A stretch of 64,000 bases of DNA, taken from assembly GCA_036172245.1 (NCBI GenBank), contig JAYWIR010000037.1, forward strand, positions 1,798,001 through 1,862,000, given 5' to 3'. The position numbers and the translations under genes were made by a program. Within the stretch, counting starts at the first letter, position 1. Each line of letters starts with the position of its first letter. The DNA comes from Raillietiella orientalis (Eukaryota). This document shows, piece after piece, positions 34,104-47,500 of this stretch. Below the pieces are notes generated by a model. The model saw only the letters and a list, made by a program, of their open reading frames with translations. It did not search any database and was not told the origin of the DNA.

Positions 34104-37099
34104 AAAACCGACATGCGGGCAGGTCGACATCAGGGTCGCCAGAGTTTCCCAATAAACGTTCAGAACCAACTCAAAGTTTGTGACTCTCTGTTTGTTCAGT
34201 GTCCAGTTTGAACAACTGGGAAATGCCCTGGCACATATGCTGGGGCTTTCTTTCTTCGGCAGCGCGCTGTGCTCTTGACAAATTAAGAAAGAAAATTCTT
34301 GTGGTTGCGTGATACACAGCCTGCGAAGGTAAGCCGGTGGCTAAGAAACATCATCCCCGGGTAGGGGTCCTGGTTTGTGCACCAAAGCCCTTCTGCAGGT
34401 CGACTGCGCCTTTCAGGGCATCTGAGGATCGCAGTCGACCGCTTCCATCGACCCTGTGCACCACCGAATTTCAGCCAAGAATCGTTATGCCGGAACACGT
34501 CGGCCTTGTTCCTTCCCCCGTCACAGCATGCGTCCTCTCGGCTCGGGGCGCTGACGATGGACTCTCTTCCTGCCAAGATGAGCCACTCCACACTCCCGAG
34601 CGTCGGCTCGACTGACTTTCGCCTTCTGCTTCTGCGAACCTATCTCCCATGGCAACAGCGTTCCCGGCCAAGGAAGAGAGCACGTGGAGACTCTCATCCT
34701 CTCCTCTTACGCTGACATCCAACGTCCTACTCCAGAAGCTGCAGGGAGGAAAAACTTGCGCGCACGAAGAACAGCGGAAGGTAGTTCATTAGGATCCACA
34801 GATCAGACGTACCAAGGGCCTGAAAAACTAAATCCCTGGTCCATCGAGAGCATCGAAATGATCATCATGAACGCTGGAGCCCTGGTAGCAGACTACCGCT
34901 ATGCAAGCCAACCTCGACTCACTGAGAACCACTTGAAACCAGAAGGAGCATGACCGGTCAGTGAAGGTCACCGTCAGCTCGGAATTCCCCGCATGCAAAT
35001 GAGGAAGTCTCCAGATGATGGGGATGTTTCCTTTCTTCCTCGAATCTTTGAAAGCATTCCGGTTTTCATGAGCTTCCAGGAGTCATGGAGGTAGTCGCGA
35101 AGCTGAGTACCGACGGAAGCTCAAGAGCGGATGAGAGAACTGCCGTCTACCTGCGGCGAGGAATCATCGAAGTGTCGCGGAGACGGACGTCGTTGGCTCG
35201 TCGGGGTTGCGCAGTGCACGAAGCCGGGAACGGATGCGTGCAGGACGAGAAATCGGTCACAGGGACCTCTCGTCGTCCCGAAGAGGCTCTCTGGGCCGTC
35301 GAAGCAGAAGGGCAGAAAAGAGGAAAAGGAAGGATTGGAAATTCTGAAGACCACAGCAAAATGTGGGAGGTGACCAGCACTGACTGCGGAGGGTGTCTGT
35401 GTAAGACAGCCTGATCATCCCTGATGGGAAGTCTCCTTCTGGCTGAGGGAGAGGAGGTCTTCACATTCGCGAGGCCCGCGGCAGCTCTCTCCTTTGGCCA
35501 AAGGTGGCGACCGCAGGACTTTTCCTGAGAGAGCCCAACTACGGCTATAGTCCGAATTTTCAAGAGAGAGCGCAGGAAGTTGCTTGGCAACCCTTGTTTT
35601 TTTGGGGGAGGTGGGGGGTGGGGGGAGGAGAAAGAGTGTTTCGAGATTCATTAGCTCCGTTCATCCGAGAAAAGTCGAAACTATCTCAAGCAAAAACATC
35701 TGCCTACAGGATTGCACTCTGTCAGAGATGCAACAGCTTCCTAGCAAAGCGACCGGGATACCGTAGCTGTCGCAGTAAAAGAAACAATGCCCTTCCCTTC
35801 CATGGAAACTAACGATTTCCTCCAGCCGTTCCCATTTAGAAGCCACAGTTTGAGAATTTCCAGATGCAGGAAAGGATGCAGATGTAAATCCCTGAAAGAA
35901 TGAGCTTTCGAGTCTTCGTTTGAGGGTAAGGGGGGGGGGGACCCGATACGACACGTAAGCCCAGCCGGAGACCTCGCAATTGTCTTTACTCGAGGGACAC
36001 CCAGCAGGTTGCCATTCAAAGGAGAGCACCTATCGGGATCCAGGAAAATGAGGTCGGTCTCCCATTTCAGGATAGCTGCCACGCCTTTGAGAACCTCTTG
36101 CTACCATGGCCGAGTATCCGTCGCATCTCGACCCGGCGACGCTCAGAGGACGTCCCGAACGTTCTTCGAGCAGCTCGACCGATGGAAAATGAGTCTCCAG
36201 ATGAAAGGAAGACCAGGAAATAGGGAAGCAGCAGGAGGTGGTGATGGAGGCGAAGGACGAACCACTTTGAGACCTCAAAGGAAGAATTTCATGCCGAATG
36301 CCTCCGGAAGGACTTGGGAGAAGCTGGATCTGAAAACAAGGATGTAGCTCTCTCCTGCGGAGTGCTCATGGTGATTAGTCGCAGCAGGAAACCTCCAGAC
36401 GCGAGAAGTCGGACACGAGGATAGAAGCCTGCGGAACGGGATGGCTTGCGGTAGAATAGTCAGGCTACGGTCTCCTGGAGATCTCGCTGCTGTCGCAGAG
36501 TCTTCAGCAAGAAGAAAGGATTTCCGTGTCGTCTTCCCGAAGGCGTGTTTGAATGCTCACAACCTGCGAATTTAACCTTCCTCCCCCCCCAAAGCAAGTG
36601 CACGGTTACTGCCAGAACTTTCACCCCGGATTCCACGGTCCAGGACATTACACAGATCCCCATGTGGACCGTGAATCGGATCGTTTGCCCCTCTCTCCCA
36701 CCAGTTAGCTTTCCTCAAGAGGAGATCACCAATACCCATCACTCGTAGCGCTCATCCCGGGAGGTTGTCTGCGAACGTTCGGCTAAAGATAGGAATTTTT
36801 TTTTTTTTTTTTTTCAAACACAGTAGCGATTTACTCTTCTTTTTGAAGCTTCTCCTGCTACCCCTCCAAGGGAAATGCCGGCTCCTCCGAAGAAGCAGCG
36901 TTGTATTAGTCAGGCAGGTCCTCGGCACATCACTGTGTCGCTGGATAGGAACTGTTCGTGAACTTGGAAATGCTCAGAAGGTCGAGATGACAGGAGAAGG
37001 AAAAAAAAATGCCCGATTTCCCGAAATTTGAAAACTATGCGGCTCACCAGTTAGTTTACATTGGCAAGAGGCTTTCTGCTGACCAATTTAGTGAAGATG

Positions 37100-39500
37100 A
37101 GAAATCAGAAAGGAACTGGTCTGATACTGCTTGGCTGTGCTAGGTAAAGGTGCTGTTCTCGCCTCCGGGCGGCGGAGTACAAGATACTGATGGGCGGAGT
37201 GTCGTCTGCCGTGAACCTCTGTGGTGGACAAGGAGTTCGTGAAAACGCCCATATTCCAATGGAGCTCCTCAAAAAGGACGCGCCGGTGCAAAAGCTCCGA
37301 AGGCACTCTCGATCTGGAGACAGTGGTGTCTTTTTCCGAATTCGAAGTGAACGGAAGTTTCTTTGGGAGGTCCAGCAGAAAGGGACACAGTCCCTCTCTA
37401 CTTTCTATCCATCGGATGGAAGGGAAAAGGGTGGAATTGTTCAGAAATCAAAAAGCGTTGTCATTTTATGCAAGTAAAGCCGTACGAGAACAGAAAGAGA
37501 TGTAAATTGACACACATCTTGTAAAAAGATATTTTGTGAAGCACAAATTACTTTTCTCCCCAAAGCATGCATCTGGAGGAAGGGCTTCAATTAGAATTTC
37601 CCCATACCGAGACTATCATTATCAATGTAGAGAATCGTAAATACCAGGGAATCAGGGGTCCTATTTATATGCCCACAAAACCTATGGATTGGCTAAATCT
37701 GGTCTACGGGAGTGCTGTCAAGCAGTGAAATGTCACGGAAAGACGTACTACACAAAAATAGAAAGCCTGATTCCCTCCCAAAGTTCAATTTCTTCAAAAG
37801 AAAATGGTGTGGAAACTTGTTTGAGAACTAAAGGATGGAGACTGGCATTTCCATCATCCATCACAAGTGCTGAATGGATTTAAACACTGCTCAGAGAAGC
37901 AACTGAGTAATAGCAACTACTTGGGAAGGAAGAATCAACATGAAGTGAAACTGAAAGTGTTATAAGGATGTTAAAAGGATGATGGATTGCAGGTATCGAT
38001 TCCCAGATGTATTCAAGAAGAAACGAAACACATCCAACTGGAATTTCTCGAGGAAATGGAAACATTTTTTTCTAGAAAAAGATGTTTCCACGATGCGATC
38101 ACACGATAAGATGTTAGAATACGATCTACAGTCTAAAATCACCTAGGAATGCAATGAGATTAACTGAGATCTTAACCGAAGTAAAGATATGTACACAGAT
38201 GCCATGGCAATCAGGGAAATACTGCATATCCTCACACCAGGCGATGATGATGTACTCTGTCCGGGGCCACTCGTAAAACAGTAAAACCACGGACTCTTTT
38301 CGTCACTTTGAAAATGAGGAGCAAAGGAAGCGATTTTAGCAAGGAGAAAGTTCATCACGGAATGCATCTCCCGCTGAGTCATAGGCACCGCAAAAAAGTA
38401 ACCAAGTTCCAGGTCATCAAAACTCGGGAATTCGCAATCAGAAATCTGGTCCATTCCTTCTCCCAACCTTTTGAGGATAAAAAGAGAGCAGTCTCCATGA
38501 TGGACAAAACGGAGAATCCAGCGGTTCGAAGAAGTGGTGCAAACTCTCAGAGTCTCGGATAAGGAGGTAAGGTTTCTAGAGGTATGTTTCTGGAGATAGA
38601 CAGGGAATTTCTGGAGATCACTGCACGTATTGCGGGATCCCGATGAAGGTATGTAAAGAACAAATTCGACTTCGTAGTCTTCCATCGAGTAAATCGAGCA
38701 CTGATAGAGAGGTAGGGGGATTAATGACGCTAGGTGTGAAGCATGCTGAATAGCTTTGTAAAGTAGTATAAGTAAATTATTCCCCCTGCATCCTAATGAG
38801 ATGACTGTTCTTGCCAAAGCACTGCATGGAACAACACCAGTTTCCACCGGCATCAACATAGATCCAGTTCCTAAGGGAATCGCTATGTATATGAAGACAC
38901 ACTTCAAGGGAGAAGCTTCCTGCTGTTTCTTTGCTGGTTTTTCTTACTCCATTTGCAAAGCAGGGAATTAGCATGCCACGTGGAAGGCCCGTGAAGCCCA
39001 TCAAATCAACGAAGCATTTGCAAAGACACATCACAAAGGAGAGATCAAAGTGCAGCTGAAGATGTTAAGTGCTAAACTCGAATGTGTGACGAAGTGCGTA
39101 AATGATAAAGGCGAAGATGGAAAAGCAAAATAATTTGAAATGAAACTCTGGAGCAGTCATAGAAACAGGAAAAGCAGATCGGAAAATCTGTTTCATGAAA
39201 TGAATGCAGCAATATGAGGTAGGAAAGAGAAACACGTCCTCTTAAAAAATGCAAAACACTTCTCAAATAGAGCTGTTCAGTGAGTAGAACCATCTCTGTG
39301 TGCCGGAATCTAAGTTAAGCTCTAACAAGTCTTGCAACGTCTCATATTTCAAAAAGATCTGTTTCATAGACATATCAGCCATGCAACTTCCACATTAAGG
39401 ATTCAGATGCTGAGATTTCTTCTCTGAGTTTTGCCACGGCGAATGAAAGGCAATGTCTCCCTTTGGAAAAATCCCTCTGTTCAGTTGATCTCTTATCTTG
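37100..39500 (+). mobile_element. Possible decayed L1 ORF2 fragment
   Basis: IYMP at ~37663 (cf. NIYAP) and REVGGL at ~38705 (cf. GGLG) in plausible order; very degenerate. Confidence 0.3.
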
Positions 39501-40589
39501 ACGTAACTCGTCTTTCTGCGAGTCATAAGGTGATCGAATTGTCTCCTTGCTTCGTTTCTTGAGTTTCCCAAGATCAGAGTGTGGAACGTTACTACCGATT
39601 GCTAAAATGCTTCAGCTGTCCTCCCAATTGCGGCGAAGGGATCTGGATGGGAAACCGTGACCAAAAGTAGCAGCAGACTCTGCATTTTGAAATACAACAG
39701 GGGCGTAAGAAACGATTTTCATGAGATGGAAGATTTCTGAGGCCGATGAGTTTTCCATCTCGTTGAAATGTTGATGAGAGGCAAATGAAATTGGTGGTTT
39801 CCCTCGTGCGTCAGTTCCACTTGTGTTAAAAATAAGATAGAAGCAGAAATTTCGAGAGAAGACAGAAACACTCGCAGATGTTGTGCAACGCCTGTCTCGT
39901 GAGGTGATCTGTACCTGTATCGTTCAGATCCCAGACCCCAGATAATCATCTCTCCCACCTTCATCCGCACGACGGAGACCGGCTTTATTTATCACTCGGC
40001 TTTTCGTCACGGTAATGGCAGTAGCTTTTTCGATCTCTGCGTTTCGGGAAATGCGCTATGGACCAAGTTTTTGCATTCTGACACTATTACTGAGTCACAG
40101 CACTGCGAAAAGTAACGAAGCCTCAGGCCATCAAACGTGGGGAATTTGCAACGAGAAATTTGGTGTGACACTCGCATGTCTTGCTAGCAAAGCTAGATTT
40201 CAATGCTGCTCCATTTCGTTTCCTCTCTTCCGACGACCATTAAAGTAGCTCGCCCCTCTCAGGAAAATTTCTCGTCTTTTCCCGGAGTCTTACCACTTGC
40301 GTAGGCAGCCAGTTTCCTGTGGATACGAAGCTGAGTCACAGGGTCCATCTGAAGAAGAAATTACAGAATTGGTCGAGGTCAAAACCGAGATTCTGGTCGC
40401 TTCCTTCGAAAAATCGGTAGTGAAAACTTCTCGTCAAGCTGAAATCGGCGCATTCGTGAGCACCCCGCGTGAACCCGGAACTTATCCCTGAGCCCATATG
40501 GGAAGGTGGGCGTTTCCTTTTCCGTCCTTGAGATGCTCACGGCTTTCCACCTGGCCATGTTGAGGAATTTACTTATGAAAAGAAAATTG

Positions 40590-41770
40590 GGAATAAACAA
40601 ATTAGGAACGCAGTTTCCAGAAACAACAAAAAGAAGTTCGAAGAGATGAAGGGTTCGCTGGCACGCAGGTCAGGTTCTCGGGGAAAAAGAAGGGACAGTA
40701 AATAAATAAGAGGGAGGGTAGGAACAGGGATCTTTGGCTTGACCCACTTGCTCCTTCCTAAAACCGGGGCTGGATGGTGAAGATTCCCCTGGAGACTTCT
40801 TCTTTCGGGTGAGGTATCCTCTCAGCCGTCTTCATGTGGGCAGCTGAAGTGCAAGTGAGCCTCCCTTCGCATCATCACACAGAGGACTGTGACTGTGGCA
40901 CGGATGCAACATCCTCTCGCATTCACGGTGCCTGCCGAGAGTCTGCCGCTCGCGAAAGATCGCCGCAGCAAGTCCCTGGCGGCGTGCCCCGGAGCGCTGA
41001 GGATCTCTACGGTTCTCTGAGGGCACCTCAGTCCAAAAGCAGGTGCGGGAACGGTTTGATCGCCTCGCACCTCAGAGACTCTGGAAATGTTCACAGCTTG
41101 GGTGCGAAATGAGGAATACACAATCCATATCCTCTCTCTAAAACCAGTCTGGATCGTCAAGCCTTCAACAAAAGTGTCCAGGAATTCTCTGAGTGGGAGC
41201 AGGAGGGACATCCTGGCTAAAGGAAGTCGCGGATTCCTCGAACTCTGACTCTGTGGATAGCCCGTCCCTTAAACGCACAAATTCAGGACGAGGCCTCAAA
41301 GTCCCTTGTCGCTTCCCATTTCTCAAGAGTGCTCCTCTTATGGCTTTTCTCCTTTCTCCAAAATCACACTCTTCCCGTACCAAGCGGGACAGAAGTCTCC
41401 GCGGGAAACGAAAGAGCTGATTCAGATGATTGCAGTCGTGGGAAGGAAGAGCGTGTGGTCCGTTCTTTTTGAGCAAGCTGATGGCCCCCTACCGAACTGC
41501 CTGGGAAAAGGAATTTCACAAGCAAGAACAGCTGCCAACGTTGTATCATCCCGAGCGCTGTTTGCTTGAGGGAATGCAGTTCCTTTCGGATGGCAGCTGG
41601 AGCTTCACCCAGACTACCTGACTGCATCGGAAAGGCAAGGAATCCCGCGGGAATGAACAGGCTGCGAATAAGACTGCAAAAAGTCTGCTGTGGATTGTTT
41701 TGCGGGCTGCTTCTCATTAAGGGTACAGGAAGTAGTGTTCTTTCAGTCTCCACTTGGTTAGTTCTTGCTG
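40590..41770 (-). mobile_element. Old diverged 3' fragment of the same family as copies A/B (copy C)
   Basis: The reverse complement of 40700-40780 matches the A/B ORF2 end and 3' UTR (CCAAAGATCCCTGTTCCTACCCTCCC vs CCAAAGACCCCTGTCCCTACCCTCCC). Peptides GHAARDLLRRSFASGRLSAG and ERTTRSSFP match GDTARDLMLRFFTPGGLSLG and ERATRSFGFP. Confidence 0.85.
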
Positions 41771-41771
41771 C

Positions 41772-41861
41772 CTCTATAAACCACTACAACTATAAGCAGT
41801 CCTCTCTTAGAAGACCACTTTATTAATAAGGACAGGGTGGTTTATAGGACGGTTTATAGAG
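41772..41861. mobile_element. 90 bp MITE-like element or internally deleted DNA transposon remnant
   Basis: Perfect 11 bp terminal inverted repeat CTCTATAAACC / GGTTTATAGAG, with an additional internal GGTTTATAG copy. Confidence 0.45.
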
Positions 41862-42049
41862 CATTTTTGTGGACAACACCCCTTGAAGTTGACCCTCTTT
41901 AATTACTTGTACGTGTTGAGCTCTCACATACAATTACAGCGATATTCCGCCGAGTAGAGGTGCCAGATAAATAGATTTCTGCGAGACTAGAAAGAATCAA
42001 TTAATAATCGCTTGGTTTGTTGGAAGAAACATCCACAGGAATCAGCTCT

Positions 42050-42780
42050 CCTCCGTGTTTCTCTTAGTAGCGCAGAGTAGAAAGAAAAATCTTCTAGAGT
42101 GTCTGCTCCGACTTCAATGATGAAATCCGAACGAGCAGCCCAATTTTCCGAGATAAGAGAGCTTCCCGAATCATTTCAGGAGATTCTCATCTTTGAAAAT
42201 CCTGGCTGGATGCTCGCGCAAGAAGCAGCTCGCTTGATCTTCATCGAGTTCGAACTGATGTCAGGATTTTTCCTGTTTCAGGAACAATGATGCATGCGGT
42301 TCAGTCCGTCGCAAAGCTGATCCTCTGGGAGCTCGCGCCCCGTCTCCTTAATCAACCGAAATTCAAAAGAAATGCGAATTTCCAAGGCCAGGAGGGAGGG
42401 AGGAGGTATTGTGCCTTCTTCCTTCAGCCGTGGAAGCAGTCCGGAGAGCCTGGTCCTTCCTGTTTTCTTCCTCGAGAGTGAACTGCATTTCCTATCATTT
42501 GCCACGGATTTTCCAACTTCACTCTGCAGCCTGCCCAGCTCCTTCGCTCTTCTCTAAGAACCCTCCCGGTTCAAAAAACGCAGATGCTGGAAAACGCAAG
42601 AGAAACAAGTGGAAAGGGGGCCCTGTTGAACGGTTACAGACATAAAAGAGGTGTGCCTCCAAGATTCGCTTTGAAACCTAAGGCACACCATGCGGAAGAG
42701 GGTTTTGCATCGTTGCTATCCATGTCACCGTAAGAAAACCAAGAAGCGTTCGGTCTGAAAACCAAGAAGGAGCTCAGGTT
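42050..42780 (+). mobile_element. Possible decayed L1 ORF1 fragment
   Basis: FFLQPW-like segment and remnant knuckle RCYPCHR (~42711); weak. Confidence 0.25.
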
Positions 42781-43635
42781 AATGCCAGGAACGAGCAGGG
42801 TTCCTCCTTGAGGATATATTTTGCCTGCTTTTTCGAAAACAGAACTGCACGAATGGTAAGGATTGATTCGAAAGCTTCCTGTTTCCGTATCCCTCCCCTG
42901 ACTTCATGCTTGAGTACCAGTATATCCATATCATTCCACGGACTAACGAATGACACGTTTTATCCGCTGAAATCGTCTCAGGGATGGATGGCCGTCGTGA
43001 GAAAAAACAAAGCGATGGTGTTCTCTGTGTACTATTTCATTACGGGTTGCCAAATCATCAACGCATATTTCCGATGCGGAATGATGCAGTGGCTGCCGGC
43101 TGCAAATCAGGGAATCTAGATGACGTCGAGGTAATCATCTCGTCGCGGCCGAGTGCTCACTCTCATCAGCACACACTTTGTAACGCACGATGATGATTGT
43201 GCACACTGTCTGTGTAACAGGTGATGGCAGAATCAGTAGTTGATGATCTTTAATGTTTGATTTGATTGCTAGAGAAGTGGATTACATATGTACACATATA
43301 TAATTTAAAAACTTTAAATTTAGTGCTGACTCATTTGATCCTTCCCGTAATTTTGTAAATGGCTTTCATAAGACTGCCAAACTACTTGCTAAGCTGCTGC
43401 AGTTCCGAGCCTTCGAGCTTTGCATATTCAAAACTTCATCCGTGTTCAGGGAGTATGCGAAAGGTAAGGCAGGAGAGGAATTCGGTACGGTAATGTGGGG
43501 CCACCACGAGCTAGTCCTGCCAAGAAAATTTTCCAGTTTCCACTTTTTTTTTTTTTGTCTGGCTCTCTATACTAGAAATCACACAAGACGATTGAAAGGT
43601 CACGCTAAAGCAAGTGTGCTCGAGCAAGTTGTACA

Positions 43636-44310
43636 CAGGGTTACCAACAGAAGTTAGTGGCATGCCGCTAGATGGCCTTCGAAAACCCGCGATTTTCCGG
43701 GAAAAAATCTCCAGATTTTAATACCTAGGAATTCATTATTATTATTATTATTATTCAATTGTTCAATGTCGTTTAATCTTCGGATCCAATAGTGCAAAAA
43801 TAAAATGCGAACCGATTGCTGATCACTTGAAATTTATGTTCTTAAGCTACTGCTGCATGTATTCGGTGCGTTTGTATGCAGACCGCCACACTGCCGGTCT
43901 CATTACCTAATTGAAAGAAAACATTACAACAGTCTGTAAATTGTAATTAAAAACTCAAATGATTTGCCGCTGAGCTACAACAGCCACAATTTAAATATAA
44001 AAATATTTTAGTAATAAAAAAGTCCTTTTCCTTGACGATCTTTAACAGTGCAGTAATTTACTAATGTGACTCCACATCCTCCAGGATGGAAACAGGGATG
44101 GATAGAACATCCAAAATTCTATTTAGGACTATTTACAACATCTATAATTGAAAAGTTTCTCTGCAACCATGAAAAACCCCGAAACTTTGGCGGCCAGTGA
44201 TTTCAAAACCGATAGAATTCCCGCGTGGCGGGATAAAATATGTTTAGCCACTAGATGGGTTTCCAAAAACGCTATATCTAGAGGGAAAGCCATTTAAATT
44301 GGCAACCCTG
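43636..44310. mobile_element. Non-autonomous hAT-like DNA transposon (675 bp)
   Basis: TIRs CAGGGTTACCAA (43636-43647) / TTGGCAACCCTG (44299-44310), 11/12 match. 8 bp flanks GTTGTACA / GTTACACA (6/8, both differences are transitions). AT-rich interior, CTAGATGG near both ends, (ATT)7 at 43735-43755. Confidence 0.75.
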
Positions 44311-44599
44311 GTTACACAGCTGAGTATTTCCGACGTATAATCTCATCTAGACTGGAGGCGCCACGTGCGCACTTGTTTTCCAATTGCATTCCAATGTTTT
44401 TTTTCTCCTTATTGCTCTTTAAGAAAATCGCTATTTCATCAAAGGAAAACACTTTGTATATTTTCTTATTCACTTTTACCACATGAATGTGATGGAAAGA
44501 AGAAGACGAACTGGGTTTCTCGAAGTTTCTCGAAGTGAGAGCACATTGCCGATGCTCTTCACTACCCACTGCCTGTTACTGCTTATTACATTTCAATAG

Positions 44600-47500
44600 C
44601 ATTTTTCATCTCTCTGTTAGACATTCTCCTCTGAAATGAAAATCTTTACCTCAGTTTGCGGGCGGAAAACTGAAAACATTTCTGCACTTCATATTGCATT
44701 GGTGTGGCTGATGCAGTATGAATGCTCCATTCTTTGAGGATGAGCTGATGCTCATCCCCGAAGAATGGAGCATTGTGCAGCAGCTCTGGTCTTTCCTGGA
44801 GCTTGCAGAGAGAAAAAAGGAATGGTGTATGAATGCGAGTAACGGGGCAGTGATAAATAACCTTCCAGGAAACCGGCATCTGATTAAAAGGCATCCACCA
44901 TCGTAGATTCCATTTCAGATTTTCATCTCCCTGTCTCGTAAGAGATTTTCTTGAAGAATCTGCCGAAATTTGATTTGAAAACAGTAAAATATCTGCGCTC
45001 CATTTTTTTTTTTTCTTTCTCTTTTTTGTTTTTGAAGGAAGCTTTTCCTCTGCAAAGGCGGCAGTTCAACTTTCTTCTCAGGAACTCCTAGTAATTTTGA
45101 GTCTAGGGTAATGAATTGCATACAAATATATGAAGGGTAAATTGATGTGGATTCCACGTGATTCGATTTCCTCTGTAGAACGGCGAGCACTCCATGATCT
45201 AGAAATCTTGACACATTCAGGGCGACGGAATGAGACTTTTGCACGAGTTGCGCAATGTCTGAGAAGCAGCCATTTATCTTTCTTAACGGATGCATTACAT
45301 TCACATTGCTCCAGGACCCCTTATGTATTTTACTGCAGCATTCCTCTTGTTGTTGACCCTGAAGACGATTCATCCGGTCGACGGTGGCTCCCCATTTCAG
45401 GGATGGGGAAATTTCATCGATTTTTCTCAATTGGAATTTTCCATGTACTGTGACGACTATCACCCGATAATGCAGCTGCACACTTCCATTGGTACTCAAC
45501 GTTACATCCACGTGGAGTGTCTTCTAATATCGATGGAAGTGCTCAATAAAAGTAGCCCTATGGTAATCGTGTTGGCATCAGATGATTAGATGAAGAAAGT
45601 AATTACGATTGTTGTCTCTTCGTGGGTCTTTGCTGCTTTCACCAGAAACTGAAGGAACCATTCCTATTTGCTTGTTTATGTTCGGCGGAAATCGCGCATT
45701 GGGATCTCAGAGGTGTGGAACATCCTAATAGCTATGGTCTAAGAGCATCTCAAGTCATCACATTTTCTCTTTGCTATTAAGACTACATACCGCTTAATGC
45801 ACTTCATTAGGGTAGATTCCCTTTCTAAAGATCCCATCAAACAAGGGATCACGTCCCTTCGGGAGGGACGAATATGAGTTTTTTACTGGCGTTCAGGAAT
45901 AAGATAAAAAAAACATGCTTGTGCCAGTAAAGCTCGCAAACATTCTAAAAGATGGAGAGAAGGCGACAGAACTTGGTGATATTCGAATCTAAACAAGACA
46001 TTCGAACCTTGGCGCTGGACTGGAATGATTGTGTCAATTAGGATCCTCCGTAAATCTACAGTAGGGCTGACCTCCACGAGCTGAGCTGACCTGCCAAATA
46101 GGAACCAAGGAATCTTCCTTAGTTTTTCTATTTGACAGTTGATTCTCGCGGCAGTTCAGTTTTGCGAGCTCGGGCGATGAGGATCAGCGGTGACCTTCGA
46201 ATTGGAAGTCGACCGAGACTTTTTCTTCTCCTGGGAAGAGCGATACAAACTCTAGCATCGGCAATCAAATTTTGGACTCCAACCATCTTGTTGAAATGCA
46301 CCCACTCGTGCCTAAAGAGTGTCTGACGTTTCTGTGTCGCTCTCAGTGTTCCATATAGGCATCGGAAAACTCACTTTTCCAGAAAGCTTCAGATGTAGAA
46401 AGGAGGGTGCTTCAGCAGTTGTTCATCCCAACTTGGAAGCAGGATGTAAGTTCCTGTTTCTAAGTAAACTTCTTTATCTATATCGATTTGGGATCTACTG
46501 AAAAAACTGCATCAGTGTAGGGGTTTGTGGACTCATCTTTGGTTGGCCCAGAGGCAAACAGCATCCGATGTCTAGTGCGCTCAAAAATCCTCGTATTCAA
46601 AGGAAATGAATCTTCTTGCACAGATGCCATGCTCGGAACGGGCAGGTCCAAGTTGGCCATCTCAAGTGTGCCATCCGTGGTCCATCAAGTGGACAAACGA
46701 AAAAGAGCTCCCAGACGTTTTTGATGAAACTGTTATCGTTTTCCAATTATCTTCTCAAACATTAGACTTCTGATGTGTAGTTTGATGATCTCATCCTTTT
46801 TTCATGAGTTCGGGATGGGATGCACACGCAAACGTGAGGCGCAGTTCTAATTAGCAGCATACAAGAGGGAATTTTTTCAATGTCTGCCGACAGTGTTGCT
46901 AATCCCTAAGAAAGCATTCTCCGTCGACTGGGCAACTACTATCGCCGACACAAGATCCAAGGACTCTACTGCAGAGCAGCATTAATAATTGAAATCCCTG
47001 ATCAAGTGAGATAATGGGGATGTTTTTTTTCCTTGCATGTTTCCAAGGATGACGGAAAGCGTTCCATGTTCCCCTAGCAACTTTTGCTTCTGCTTGCATG
47101 TGCAAAATTTAGTGCTTACATTTCTTGACTGGAGTGTACGTAAAGCCTCTTCTAATCCAGGTACATGAAAAGTTCTTTACCCTCAGCACAGGTAAAGAGT
47201 TCTGTGCAAAGCAAACCTCCGTATACTGGGCCTTACGCCTGAAAAAATACAGGTCCAAAGATCATGGGATGCATCACCGAGGTCATGGAAAAACCAGAAA
47301 ACTGAAGGACGTGAGATGTACATCTCGACACTACGAATTCGAATCCTTCGTTTTCTTCTCGGAGTGACAGCAGTAATGCAAGCAGCCCTTCCAGTGAAGC
47401 ATATTCAGGATACTTCACTCAAAACTGAGTATCACAGAGACTTCTTACTTTGGCGTGAAAGAGGAGTAACGTACACTCGAAGAGTGTAAAAAAGAAAACA

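Larger units (their letters stand above)
28590..36760 (-). mobile_element. Decayed L1/Tx1-like LINE(s), possibly two in tandem
   Basis: Order on the minus strand: GC-rich ORF1-like region (36.7-34.4 kb), endonuclease-like region (~34.2-33.3 kb), FAIPKSLSQGCS (~32550; cf. RQGCPLS), LVFGDK (~32330; cf. YADD), MGGPVL (~31630; cf. GGLG), CSICSSLEEDRKNLFLFC zinc finger (~29120-29070). Confidence 0.7.

Noticed and set aside
38143..38907. 254 aa minus-strand ORF as a host gene
   Set aside because: No recognisable domain, non-ATG start, and it overlaps probable plus-strand LINE debris.
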